Shown here: one piece after another, positions 7,302 through 16,055 of the stretch
Layout: each line of letters begins with the position of its first letter
Position numbering within the stretch: the stretch's first letter is position 1
Source: Vulcanimicrobiota bacterium
Lineage (GTDB): Bacteria; Vulcanimicrobiota; Vulcanimicrobiia; Vulcanimicrobiales; Vulcanimicrobiaceae
DNA length: 64,000 nt
Direction: 5' to 3'
NCBI GenBank assembly: GCA_963695225.1
Contig: OY968762.1
Coordinates: 896,001 to 960,000 of the forward strand
The notes under the pieces: model-generated
What the model was told of the DNA's origin: nothing
Database searches by the model: none
Seen by the model: the letters and a program-made list of their open reading frames with translations, nothing else
Program-made: the position numbers and the translations under genes

Positions 7302-10025
7302 CTAGCGAACCACCAGGCGCAGCGGCGCGCGCGAGCGAGCGCGCAGCCAGTCCGTTGCCTCCGGATCCGGAAGGCCGCGCCCGAACAAGAAGCCTTGCCC
7401 CAGCGCGCATCCGAGCGCGCGCAGCCGGTGCCATTGATCGGCGTGCTCGATGCCCTCGGCGACGAGTTGCAGCCCGAGCGCTTCGGCCAGCGTGATCAGC
7501 ATCGTCACGATCGGCTCGTTGCTGAGCGAACCGTCGTCGGAGGAGACGAACGAACGGTCGATCTTCAGCATGTCGAACGGGAATTGGTGCACGTAGCGAA
7601 GCGACGAGTATCCGATCCCGAAATCGTCGAGGCACAGGCCGAACCCGAGCGCTTTGAGCGCGTGCAACCGCGAGGCGATCACCGCATCGCCGTCGAGCAG
7701 CACGTTTTCCGTTACTTCGAACATGATGCGCTGCGGCGCGATGCCGCTTTGTTGGATTGCAGCGGCGACGTCCTCGAGGAGCCCGGGGTCGAGGACTTGC
7801 CGGCCGGAGAGATTCACGTTCAGCGTCAGTTCGGCGGCGCCGGAGATGGTGCGGCTCCACTGCGCGAGGCGCCGGCATGCTTGGCGCAACACCGTCGATC
7901 CAAAGGCGACGATCGCATCCGACTCCTCGGCGATCGGGATGAATTCGCTCGGCGTGATCTCGCCCAGTTCGGGATGCTGCCACGTCGCCAGGACTTCGTA
8001 CGCGGCCGGGCGCTCGTCGTCGAGCCGCACGATCGGCTGGTAACGCAAGACGAGCTGATCCTCCGGAATCCCTTCGCGCAGATCGTTTGCGAGCCGCGTC
8101 TTGCGCTCGAACGAAGCGCGCACCTGGTCGTCGAAGAGCACGCCGCGACCCCGGCCCCCGGCCTTCGCGCGATAGAGCGCGGCGTCTGCTTCCCGCAGCA
8201 GTTCGGCTGCGTCTTTGGCCGATTGCGCCGTATCCTGCGGGCGGGCGATCGCGATTCCGATGCTGACGCCGCCTTGGACGCGTTTCCCATCGATCGTCAG
8301 CGGCAAGCGCATCAGGTGCTGGATGCGCTCGCTGATCATCGAGACTTGGTACTCCTCGACGTCGGGCAGCAAGACGGCAAACTCGTCGCCGTGAAAGCGC
8401 GCGACGAGATCGCGCGGGCGAACGGCTCCGGCCAGCCGCTGCCCGATCGCAATCAGGAAGCGATCGCCGGCCGCGTGCCCGAGCGTATCGTTGACGAGCT
8501 TGAATCGGTCGATATCGATCAACATGACGGCCGTCGAGCGCATCGGCTCGCGCCGCCCCACGAGCGCGGCATTCACGCGATCGACGAACAGGGCGCGGCC
8601 GGGAAGGGCCGTGAGCGCATCGTGCGTCGCCTGATGCCGGAGCCGGTCCGCGAGCCGGCGCTTCTCCGTGACGTCGGCGACCATCGCGATCGCGGCGATC
8701 GAAGCATCCTCGACGACGACGGGCGAGATGCTGACCGCAATCCAACCTTGATCGCCGTCGCAGCGCTGCAACGGCCGCTCGTCTTGGAAAATCTCGTGCT
8801 CTCCGCGCACGATGTTGGCGATCTCGTCGGAAGACGTGAGCGCGTGATCCCCGACGATCTCGGCGAAACGCGGATTCCGCTCGACGATCTCGCCCTTCGC
8901 ATCGAGCGTCGCGATCCCGAGCGGCGAGCGCTGGAAGATCGCGCGGAATTGCGCGTCGGTCAGCACGTTCGCGCGCTCCGCGCGTCGCAGCGCGAGCTCG
9001 TTCTCGAGTGCGCGGGCTCGCTCCCGTTCGCTGGCAGCGTGGCGGCGCGCGCGGTAGATCAAGAGCCGCGCTAAAAACAGCAGGATGCCGACGGTTCCGA
9101 TCAACCCGATCGCGGAATACATGATCACGCTCGTGCGTTGCACGTCGAGCGCGGACGAACGCTCGTCGAGGATCCGCTGGAGCAGGCTGAACCGGGCAAT
9201 GAATGCCCTCGCAGCGGCGCGATTCGCCGCGTCGGCCGCTGCGGCCAGCGCCGCAGGCGACGCCTGCAGCGAGGAACGCCCCCGCGCGAAGTCGTCGAGT
9301 CCGGCGACGAGTTGCCCTACCGCACCGTCGAAGCCGGAATCGGCTACTCGCAGTTCCCCCTCCAGGGGGCGGTTCGCCGCCACCGCATTTCGGCGGTCGT
9401 CGGCCGCGATCTGAAAATTCGCGACGGCCTGCGCCAGCAGGCCCGCGACGGCGTTTCGCTCGCTTTGACCCGGCGTGCCGGAGGCGACCGCCTCGACCGC
9501 ACGGCTCTCCGCTGCGTTGATCTGCGCGAGCGCGAGCGGCAGGCGCGTTGCCGTTTCATCGACGAGGCTCGCGACGTCCGCGCCGGAATCGTACGCAAGC
9601 GCGGAATGCTCCGCGGCGAGGCCGGTGAATTCCGCCGCCGCCAGCGACGTGCGCTCGAGGCTCGCTCCGTCGTGCGCGCCGAGCCATGCCGTCCGCAAGG
9701 TCTGCGCCGTAGCTCGCAACGCCGCGCCTTCCTTCCCCGAATCGGCCGCTTTCAGGTCGAGATCGTCGAGCGCAGCGGCGGCTCGAGCCTGCGCCGCCGC
9801 GCCCGCCCCGCGCCGGGCGTCGCGCAGCGCCCCGAGCAATTCCGTCCCCGCCTGCACGCGCGCGAGCCCGGCAACCTCCCGCGTGACGAGCGCATCCTGC
9901 GAGTCGAGCGAATCGAGCTGAAAATGCGCGAGCGTCAGTACGGGAATCGAGAAGACGAGCGTGCTAACGACGAGCCAGCCCGAGACGGTGCCAATCTTGT
10001 CCTCGGATCGATCGGGGCGAAACAG
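7302..10025 (-). CDS. Membrane sensor PAS-GGDEF-EAL protein, probable c-di-GMP phosphodiesterase (start probably CTG 10025; ORF track starts at 9857)
   Basis: Degenerate HGDEF; EVL, DDFGIGYSSL, KID, EGIE and QG motifs. The frame stays open upstream of 9857 and encodes a first TM helix. Confidence 0.85.
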   Translation of the reverse strand: MFRPDRSEDKIGTVSGWLVVSTLVFSIPVLTLAHFQLDSLDSQDALVTREVAGLARVQAGTELLGALRDARRGAGAAAQARAAAALDDLDLKAADSGKEGAALRATAQTLRTAWLGAHDGASLERTSLAAAEFTGLAAEHSALAYDSGADVASLVDETATRLPLALAQINAAESRAVEAVASGTPGQSERNAVAGLLAQAVANFQIAADDRRNAVAANRPLEGELRVADSGFDGAVGQLVAGLDDFARGRSSLQASPAALAAAADAANRAAARAFIARFSLLQRILDERSSALDVQRTSVIMYSAIGLIGTVGILLFLARLLIYRARRHAASERERARALENELALRRAERANVLTDAQFRAIFQRSPLGIATLDAKGEIVERNPRFAEIVGDHALTSSDEIANIVRGEHEIFQDERPLQRCDGDQGWIAVSISPVVVEDASIAAIAMVADVTEKRRLADRLRHQATHDALTALPGRALFVDRVNAALVGRREPMRSTAVMLIDIDRFKLVNDTLGHAAGDRFLIAIGQRLAGAVRPRDLVARFHGDEFAVLLPDVEEYQVSMISERIQHLMRLPLTIDGKRVQGGVSIGIAIARPQDTAQSAKDAAELLREADAALYRAKAGGRGRGVLFDDQVRASFERKTRLANDLREGIPEDQLVLRYQPIVRLDDERPAAYEVLATWQHPELGEITPSEFIPIAEESDAIVAFGSTVLRQACRRLAQWSRTISGAAELTLNVNLSGRQVLDPGLLEDVAAAIQQSGIAPQRIMFEVTENVLLDGDAVIASRLHALKALGFGLCLDDFGIGYSSLRYVHQFPFDMLKIDRSFVSSDDGSLSNEPIVTMLITLAEALGLQLVAEGIEHADQWHRLRALGCALGQGFLFGRGLPDPEATDWLRARSRAPLRLVVR

Positions 10026-10070
10026 CGTAGCAGACCTCGCTTCTTTAGCGGCGCGGCGACGGTATATCGA

Positions 10071-10097
10071 TCATCGTCGCGTGACACAGCGCACTTA
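10071..10097 (-). promoter_or_regulatory. Sigma28-like promoter (TAAG-N15-GACGATGA) for the EAL gene
   Basis: Near match to the FliA/SigD consensus TAAA-N15-GCCGATAA with exact spacing. Confidence 0.45.
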
Positions 10098-10119
10098 AGC
10101 GGTGGGGCGAGGCTAGGTG

Positions 10120-10146
10120 TAAATCTTTACGATTCTTTGCCGATAA
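10120..10146 (+). promoter_or_regulatory. Consensus sigma28 promoter (TAAA-N15-GCCGATAA) facing tRNA-Val(GAC)
   Basis: Exact match: TAAA at 10120-10123, GCCGATAA at 10139-10146. Confidence 0.55.
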
Positions 10147-10223
10147 TGCGTCGTTCTTCGTACCTAACGCCTCCGACGGAGGAGGGCGACCGTCGCGGGA
10201 GAATCGCAAACTCCGGCCCGAAC

Positions 10224-10298
10224 GGGCGCGTAGCTCAGGGGGAGAGCGCCACATTGACACTGTGGAGGTCAGTGGTTCGATACCACTCGTGCCCACCA
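10224..10298 (+). tRNA. tRNA-Val(GAC)
   Basis: Cloverleaf GGGCGCG...CGTGCCC-ACCA; anticodon arm CCACA-TTGACAC-TGTGG. Confidence 0.97.
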
Positions 10299-10303
10299 TG
10301 ACG

Positions 10304-10337
10304 AAGAAAGCCCCGCCGCCCGGCGGGGTTTTCTCTT
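10304..10337 (+). terminator. Intrinsic terminator after tRNA-Val(GAC)
   Basis: GAAAGCCCCGCC-GCCC-GGCGGGGTTTTCTCTT. Confidence 0.8.
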
Positions 10338-10368
10338 GGCTGCCGGGCAGGCACCCGCGCGCAGTCTG

Positions 10369-10382
10369 CGAACGTACGTTCG
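10369..10382. promoter_or_regulatory. LexA (SOS/Cheo) box CGAAC-GTAC-GTTCG
   Basis: Perfect Firmicutes/Actinobacteria-type CGAAC-N4-GTTCG immediately before the ATG of a DNA-repair-type radical SAM gene. Confidence 0.85.
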
Positions 10383-11291
10383 ATGGACGCAGGACGCCGG
10401 CGCGGGAAGGTCGTCTGCATCGAGATCGAGGCGAAATCGATCTTGAACCGGGTCGCGGGGATGCCGTTTTCCTGGTCGATCAACCCGTACCGCGGGTGTT
10501 ATCACGAGTGCGCGTTCTGCTACGCGCGGCGGACGCACGGCTTCTTCGAACTCGACGGCGTCGCCGAGTGGGGTTCGCGGCTCTACGCGAAGGTCAACGC
10601 GCCGGCGGTGCTGCGCGCCGAACTCGCGCGCCCCTCGTGGCGCGGCGAAGAGGTCGCGATCGGGACGGCGACCGATCCCTATCAGCCGCTCGAGGGGAAG
10701 TACCGGCTCACGCGCGGCATCCTCGCGGAGTTCGTCCGCTCCCCCTCCCCGGTCCACATCACGACGCGTTCCCCGCTCGCGATCCGCGATATCGACGTGA
10801 TGCAAGAGCTCGGCGCCCGCGCCGAATTCTCGATCTCCTTCAGCCTCCCGACGCTCGATGCCGCGCTCGCGCGGAAGATCGAACCGGGAGTCGCCCCGCC
10901 GCTCCAGCGCCTCGCCGCGCTCGAACGGCTCGCGAATGCGGGGATCCGCGTGGGCATCGCCGTCGCGCCGATCCTGCCGGGCCTCACCGACGATCCGGCC
11001 GCACTCCGCGCGCTGCTCTCCGCGGCGCGCGATGCCGGTGCGAGCTTTGTGTGGCATAGCCTGCTCAACCTCGGCGACGTGGCACGCGACTCGTTCTTCG
11101 CGCTCCTGGATGCCGAGTATCCGCAGCTCTCCGAGAGCTATCGCTCCTGGTACCGAACGAAGTACGCGCCGCGCGCGCTGGGGGAGCGCATCGAGCGGGC
11201 GTACGGCGCCGCGGCGCGCGGCATCCGCTTCCGCTCGACGGCGGCGAACGCCCCGCCGCCGCGCGAGCAGCTCGAGCTCTTCGCGCGATAG
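10383..11291 (+). CDS. Radical SAM protein, Rv2578c/SplB-like DNA-repair family
   Basis: SINPYRGCYHECAFCYAR (CxxxCxxC), GTATDPYQPLE, C-terminal QLELF beta-clamp-like motif. Confidence 0.9.
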   Translation: MDAGRRRGKVVCIEIEAKSILNRVAGMPFSWSINPYRGCYHECAFCYARRTHGFFELDGVAEWGSRLYAKVNAPAVLRAELARPSWRGEEVAIGTATDPYQPLEGKYRLTRGILAEFVRSPSPVHITTRSPLAIRDIDVMQELGARAEFSISFSLPTLDAALARKIEPGVAPPLQRLAALERLANAGIRVGIAVAPILPGLTDDPAALRALLSAARDAGASFVWHSLLNLGDVARDSFFALLDAEYPQLSESYRSWYRTKYAPRALGERIERAYGAAARGIRFRSTAANAPPPREQLELFAR

Positions 11292-11297
11292 CTCCGG

Positions 11298-12104
11298 CTA
11301 CGCGACCGGTTCGCGCAGCGTCCGGCTGCGGTTCGCCGCCGCGACGACGGCGCCGATCAGCGTGCTGCGCAGGCGACCTTCCTCGAGCGCCATCAGGCCG
11401 TCGATCGTGCAGCCGGCGGGCGTCGTAACCTCGTCCTTGAGCGCGGCCGGATGGATGCCTCGCTCGAGCACCATCTTCGCCGAACCCAGCAACGTCTGCG
11501 CCGCGAGGAGCGTCGCCGTCTTGCGCGGGATGCCGAGTTTGACGCCCGCCTCGCTCAACGCCTCGATGATCAAATAGACGTACGCCGGGCCGCAGCCCGA
11601 GAGCCCCGTCACGCCGTCCATCAGCGATTCGTCGACGACGGCCGTCCGTCCGAGCGTCTCGAACAGCTTGCGCACCGTTTCGAGCCGCTCGTCGGGGAGG
11701 CTGGCGCAGGCCGCGAGGACGGTCATCCCTTCGCCGACGAGGCACGGCGTGTTCGGCATCGCGCGCACGATCGCCGCATGCCCGCCCGACCAGGCCGCGA
11801 GATCGTCGAGCGAGATCGCCGCGCAGATCGAAACGAGAACGTGCCGCTCTTCAAGCGCCGGCGCGAGCTTTTCGACGATGGCGCGCGCCTGGTACGGCTT
11901 CGCGCAAAGCAAGAGCACGTCGCTCTCCGCGGCCAGTGCGAGGTTGTCGATTTCGACCGGTATCCCGAGCTCGGCCGAGGCGCGCTCGGCGCTCGCTCGG
12001 GAGCGCGTCGAACCCGCGACGGCGGCGAGGCGGTGATCCAGGATCCCGCGAGCGAGGACTTTGCCCATCGTGCCGAGCCCGATGACGCCGACTCTTTGTG
12101 TCAT
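11298..12104 (-). CDS. proC: Pyrroline-5-carboxylate reductase
   Basis: IGLGTMG, RAMPNTP, LSGCGPAY, VTTPAGCT. Confidence 0.95.
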   Translation of the reverse strand: MTQRVGVIGLGTMGKVLARGILDHRLAAVAGSTRSRASAERASAELGIPVEIDNLALAAESDVLLLCAKPYQARAIVEKLAPALEERHVLVSICAAISLDDLAAWSGGHAAIVRAMPNTPCLVGEGMTVLAACASLPDERLETVRKLFETLGRTAVVDESLMDGVTGLSGCGPAYVYLIIEALSEAGVKLGIPRKTATLLAAQTLLGSAKMVLERGIHPAALKDEVTTPAGCTIDGLMALEEGRLRSTLIGAVVAAANRSRTLREPVA

Positions 12105-12194
12105 GATGCCGTGCGATACAACCACCCGCGTGCCGCGCCCTCCGCTCGCGCGCGCGGACAAGGCCGCATTCCGCCCGACGGCCAAACCGATAGC

Positions 12195-13934
12195 ATGGCC
12201 TCCGCTGCACCTTCGACCGAACGCCGTTCCCTCGACGAACTCCGCCACACGGCCGCCCACATTCTCGCGTACGCCGTACAGGATCTCTTCCCCGATGCGA
12301 AGCCCACGATCGGGCCCGCGATCGAGAACGGCTTCTACTACGATTTCGCGCGCGAAACGCCGTTCACGCCGGAGGATCTCGTGCGCCTCGAGGCGCGCAT
12401 GCGCGAGATCGTCGCGGCGGACTATCCCATGACGGGGGAGCGGGTCACGCGCGAGAACGCGCTCGAGCACTTCCGCGCGAACCCGTTCAAGGTCGAACTC
12501 GCGCGCGACATCCCCGAGGGCGAGCCGATCACGCTCTACACGATCGGCGATTTCACGGACCTGTGCCGCGGCGGCCACGCCGCGAGCACGGGCGGAGTCC
12601 CCGCGCTCAAGCTGATGAGCGTCGCCGGAGCGTACTGGCGCGGCGACGAGCACAACCCGATGCTCCAGCGCATCTACGGAACCGCCTTCCCGACGCAGGC
12701 CGAACTCGACGCATATCTAGCCCAGCTCGAAGAAGCCGCCAAACGCGACCACCGCAAGCTGGGCGCCGAGCTCGGGCTCTTCTCGATCGAGGAAGATGCG
12801 GGCGGCGGCCTGATCTTCTGGCATCCCAAGGGCGCGATCGTCCGCGGCATCGTCGAGAACTTCATCCGCGAGGGCCTCGCCGAGCGCGGGTACCAGGGCG
12901 TCGTCACGCCGCACATCGTCAGCGAGAAACTGTACGAAATCTCGGGGCACCTCGAGAACTTCTCGCACAGCCTCTTCGGGCCGATCGAAGTCGAAGGGCA
13001 GCGCTTCCGCCTCAAGCCGATGAACTGCCCGGGCCACATCTTGATCTACCGCAGCGAAGGGCGCTCGTATCGCGACCTCCCGCTGCGCCTCTCCGAATTC
13101 GGGACCGTCTACCGCTTCGAGCGCAGCGGGACGCTGCACGGCCTCACGCGCGTGCGCGGTTTCACGCAGGACGACGCGCACATCTTCTGCACGCCCGAAC
13201 AACTCCAAGCCGAATTCGAACAAACGGCCGACGAAGCGATCCGCTTGCTCGGCGCTTTCGGCTTTTCGGATTTCGAGTACTATCTCTCGACGCGCGAACC
13301 GCACCTGCGCGAAGCGACCGACCAGATCGCCGAGGATGCGATCCGCAGCGCGCTCGAATCGCGCCGCATCACCTACCAAATCGACGCAGGCGGCGGCGCG
13401 TTCTACGGGCCGAAGCTCGACATCAACGTGAAGGATGCGATCGGCCGCAAGTGGCAGCTCGGGACGGTCCAGGTCGATTTCCAGCTGCCCCGGCGCTTCG
13501 ATCTGAAGTACCGCGGCGCCGACGGCCTCGATCATCCGCCGGTGATGATTCACCGCGCGCTCGCCGGGTCGATGGAGCGCTTCTTCGGCATCCTGATCGA
13601 GCACTTCGGCGGGAATTTCCCCGTTTGGATCGCGCCCGTGCAAGCCGTCGTCGCGCCGATTTCGGAGCACCAGCGCGACTACGCGTACGAGGTTCGCGAT
13701 AAGCTGCGCGCGCAGGGCTTCAGGGTCGACGTCGACGCCTCGAACGAGAAGATCGGCTACAAGATCCGGCATTGGAAGATGCAAAAAGTTCCGTACATCC
13801 TCGTCGTAGGACGCCAGGAGCTCGCGGACGGGACCATCAATCCGAACGAACGCGGGAACGACGCGAAGCGGCCGGCGATCTCCGTCGACGCGTTCGCCGA
13901 AGAGCTGCGCGACCGCATCGCTCGTAGGAGTTAA
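12195..13934 (+). CDS. thrS: Threonine--tRNA ligase (no TGS domain)
   Basis: RHTAAH, DLCRGGH, GAYWRGD, RDHRKLG, KPMNCPGH, FYGPKLD. Confidence 0.97.
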   Translation: MASAAPSTERRSLDELRHTAAHILAYAVQDLFPDAKPTIGPAIENGFYYDFARETPFTPEDLVRLEARMREIVAADYPMTGERVTRENALEHFRANPFKVELARDIPEGEPITLYTIGDFTDLCRGGHAASTGGVPALKLMSVAGAYWRGDEHNPMLQRIYGTAFPTQAELDAYLAQLEEAAKRDHRKLGAELGLFSIEEDAGGGLIFWHPKGAIVRGIVENFIREGLAERGYQGVVTPHIVSEKLYEISGHLENFSHSLFGPIEVEGQRFRLKPMNCPGHILIYRSEGRSYRDLPLRLSEFGTVYRFERSGTLHGLTRVRGFTQDDAHIFCTPEQLQAEFEQTADEAIRLLGAFGFSDFEYYLSTREPHLREATDQIAEDAIRSALESRRITYQIDAGGGAFYGPKLDINVKDAIGRKWQLGTVQVDFQLPRRFDLKYRGADGLDHPPVMIHRALAGSMERFFGILIEHFGGNFPVWIAPVQAVVAPISEHQRDYAYEVRDKLRAQGFRVDVDASNEKIGYKIRHWKMQKVPYILVVGRQELADGTINPNERGNDAKRPAISVDAFAEELRDRIARRS

Positions 13935-13940
13935 GCCGAC

Positions 13941-14957
13941 ATGCACGCACTTCGGTCAACGGCGCTCGCGCTGGTCTTTTCGTGCGCCTGCGCCGCCCCC
14001 GCACTCGCTTGGGGGGCCAGCGGCCACCGCTTCATCAGCGGCGCCGCCGCCGCCGCTTTGCCCGCCTCCGTTCCCGCCTTCGTACGCGCGCCCGAGGCGC
14101 GCAGCGAGATCGAACGGCTCGGCCCGGAGCCGGACCGCATCCGGAATGCCGGAAAGGAGATCGATGCGGATCTCGATCCCGGCCACTTCCTCGACCTCGG
14201 CGACGATCTGACGGTCGGCGGTGCGTTCGCGCTCGACGCGCTTCCCGCAACGCGCGCCCTCTACGATGCCGCGCTACGCGACGCGCACACCTCGTCGGGC
14301 ACGCAGGGCTATCTCCCGTACAACATCATCGAGGGCTGGCAACTCGTCCGAAAGGACTTCGCGATCTGGCGCATCGACGCCGCCGGCGAGCGCGCGGCGA
14401 GCGACCCGGCATCGCGTGCGTTCTTCACCTCCGACCGGCTCCTCCGCGAGGCGCTGACGCTGCGCGACATCGGCTATTGGAGCCATTTCGTCGCGGATGC
14501 GAGCCAGCCGATGCACGCCTCGGTTCACTACAACGGCTGGGGGAACTATCCGAACCCGAAGGGCTACACGAACGCGAAGACGACGCACTGGAACTTCGAA
14601 GGCCCGTTCGTTCACGGGCATGCGAGCCTGGACGCCGTGCTCGCGCGCGTGGGACCGTATCGCCCCTGCGGCTGCTCGATCGAAGCGCAAACGATCGCGT
14701 ACCTGAAGGCGACGAACGCGCAGGTCGTACCGTTCTACGAACTCGAGCTGCACGGCGCGTTCGCGAACTCTACGCCGCAGGCCGTCGATTTCACGCTCGC
14801 GCGCCTCGCCGACGGCGCGACGATGCTGCGCGACATGATCGCCGAAGCTTGGGAGGATAGCGCGAACTGGAACGTCGGCTACCCGCCCGTCAACGTGGAA
14901 GATCTCGAGAGCGGCAGGGTTCCCGTCACGCGAGCGCTGCTCGACGGATCGGAATAG
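13941..14957 (+). CDS. Secreted S1/P1 nuclease
   Basis: Signal peptide ending ALA-WGASGH; HFVADASQPMH Zn motif. Confidence 0.85.
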   Translation: MHALRSTALALVFSCACAAPALAWGASGHRFISGAAAAALPASVPAFVRAPEARSEIERLGPEPDRIRNAGKEIDADLDPGHFLDLGDDLTVGGAFALDALPATRALYDAALRDAHTSSGTQGYLPYNIIEGWQLVRKDFAIWRIDAAGERAASDPASRAFFTSDRLLREALTLRDIGYWSHFVADASQPMHASVHYNGWGNYPNPKGYTNAKTTHWNFEGPFVHGHASLDAVLARVGPYRPCGCSIEAQTIAYLKATNAQVVPFYELELHGAFANSTPQAVDFTLARLADGATMLRDMIAEAWEDSANWNVGYPPVNVEDLESGRVPVTRALLDGSE

Positions 14958-14970
14958 GCCTCCGGCCGCG

Positions 14971-15972
14971 ATGCTGCTGCTCGGCATCGAAACCTCGTGC
15001 GACGACACCGCGACCGCGGTCGTGCGCGACGGGCGCATCGCGCTTTCTAGCGTTTCCACGAACCAGGATGCGTTTCACGCGAAATACGGCGGCATCGTCC
15101 CGGAGATCGCGAGCCGGCAGCACGTCGCGCTCCTGAGCGCCGCGATCGAAGACGCGCTCGCGCGCGCCGGTACGCCGCTCGAACGCATCGACGGGATCGC
15201 GGTGACGGCCGGTCCCGGCTTGATCGGCAGCCTCGTGGCGGGCGTCGCGACCGCGAAAGCGCTCGCGTTCGCCACCGGGAAACCGCTCTACGCGATCAAC
15301 CATCTGCACGGGCATATCTTCGCCGCGTTTCTCGAACAAGAGCACGAGCCCGAGTATCCGTTCCTGACGTTGCTCGTCTCCGGCGGACATTCGCAACTCG
15401 TGCACGTCGCGGGGCCTACGGAGATGCGCGTCCTCGCGCGCACCCGGGACGACGCGGCCGGCGAGGCGTTCGACAAGACGGCGCGCCTGCTCGGGCTTCC
15501 GTTCCCCGGCGGCCCCGCGATCGACCGGCTCGCGACGGAGGGCGACCCCGCGGCGTACGATTTCCCGCGCCATCGCGATCGAACGACCCTCGATCTCTCG
15601 TTCTCCGGCCTCAAGACGTCGGTTCGCTACTTCCTCGCTTCGCCCGAAGGCGCGGCGGCGAAGCCGGCCGACGTCGCAGCTTCGTTTCAAGCGGCGGTCG
15701 TCGACGTGTTGATCGACCGCCTCGCGCGCGTCTGCGCGAACTCGCAGTATCGCACCGCCGTCCTCTCCGGCGGCGTCGCCGCGAATACGGCGCTCGCGGC
15801 CGCGTTCCGGCGCTGGGGCGAACGCGCGCGCATCCGCACGATCGTCCCGCACCTGCGCTTTTGCACGGACAACGCCGCGATGATCGCGGCCGCCGCCGAC
15901 CGGCAGGGCGACGCGCGCCGCGTCGATCCGCTAGCGCTCGTAGCCGATCCTAATCTCCCGTTCTCCACATAA
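14971..15972 (+). CDS. tsaD: tRNA t6A threonylcarbamoyltransferase TsaD
   Basis: LGIETSCDDT, NHLHGH, SGGHS, DDAAGEAFDK, TDNAAMI. Confidence 0.97.
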   Translation: MLLLGIETSCDDTATAVVRDGRIALSSVSTNQDAFHAKYGGIVPEIASRQHVALLSAAIEDALARAGTPLERIDGIAVTAGPGLIGSLVAGVATAKALAFATGKPLYAINHLHGHIFAAFLEQEHEPEYPFLTLLVSGGHSQLVHVAGPTEMRVLARTRDDAAGEAFDKTARLLGLPFPGGPAIDRLATEGDPAAYDFPRHRDRTTLDLSFSGLKTSVRYFLASPEGAAAKPADVAASFQAAVVDVLIDRLARVCANSQYRTAVLSGGVAANTALAAAFRRWGERARIRTIVPHLRFCTDNAAMIAAAADRQGDARRVDPLALVADPNLPFST

Positions 15973-16055
15973 TCGCCCGTCGTGCTGTGGATCGTGTGGA
16001 GTACTTCGCGCGATTATTAGGCTGACATGAGCAATGCGTTATCGTTAGGTTAACA
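15961..16055. other. Three DnaA-box-like 9-mers followed by an AT-rich stretch, between convergent tsaD and purN
   Basis: TTCTCCACA (15961), TGTGGATCG (15986), TGTGGAGTA (15995); TTAGGCTGACA/TTAGGTTAACA repeat. Confidence 0.35.

Noticed and set aside
7395..9074. Long antisense or alternative-frame ORFs here and elsewhere (e.g. 31004-33256, 37296-39659, 55723-58002)
   Set aside because: Arg/Ala-rich shadow ORFs typical of high-GC DNA opposite well-supported genes.
12105..12194. T-box leader for thrS
   Set aside because: Only 90 bp separate the divergent proC and thrS, and no T-box consensus is present.
16017..16055. dif site
   Set aside because: TTAGGTTAACA resembles a XerD arm, but no XerC arm lies at 6-bp spacing.
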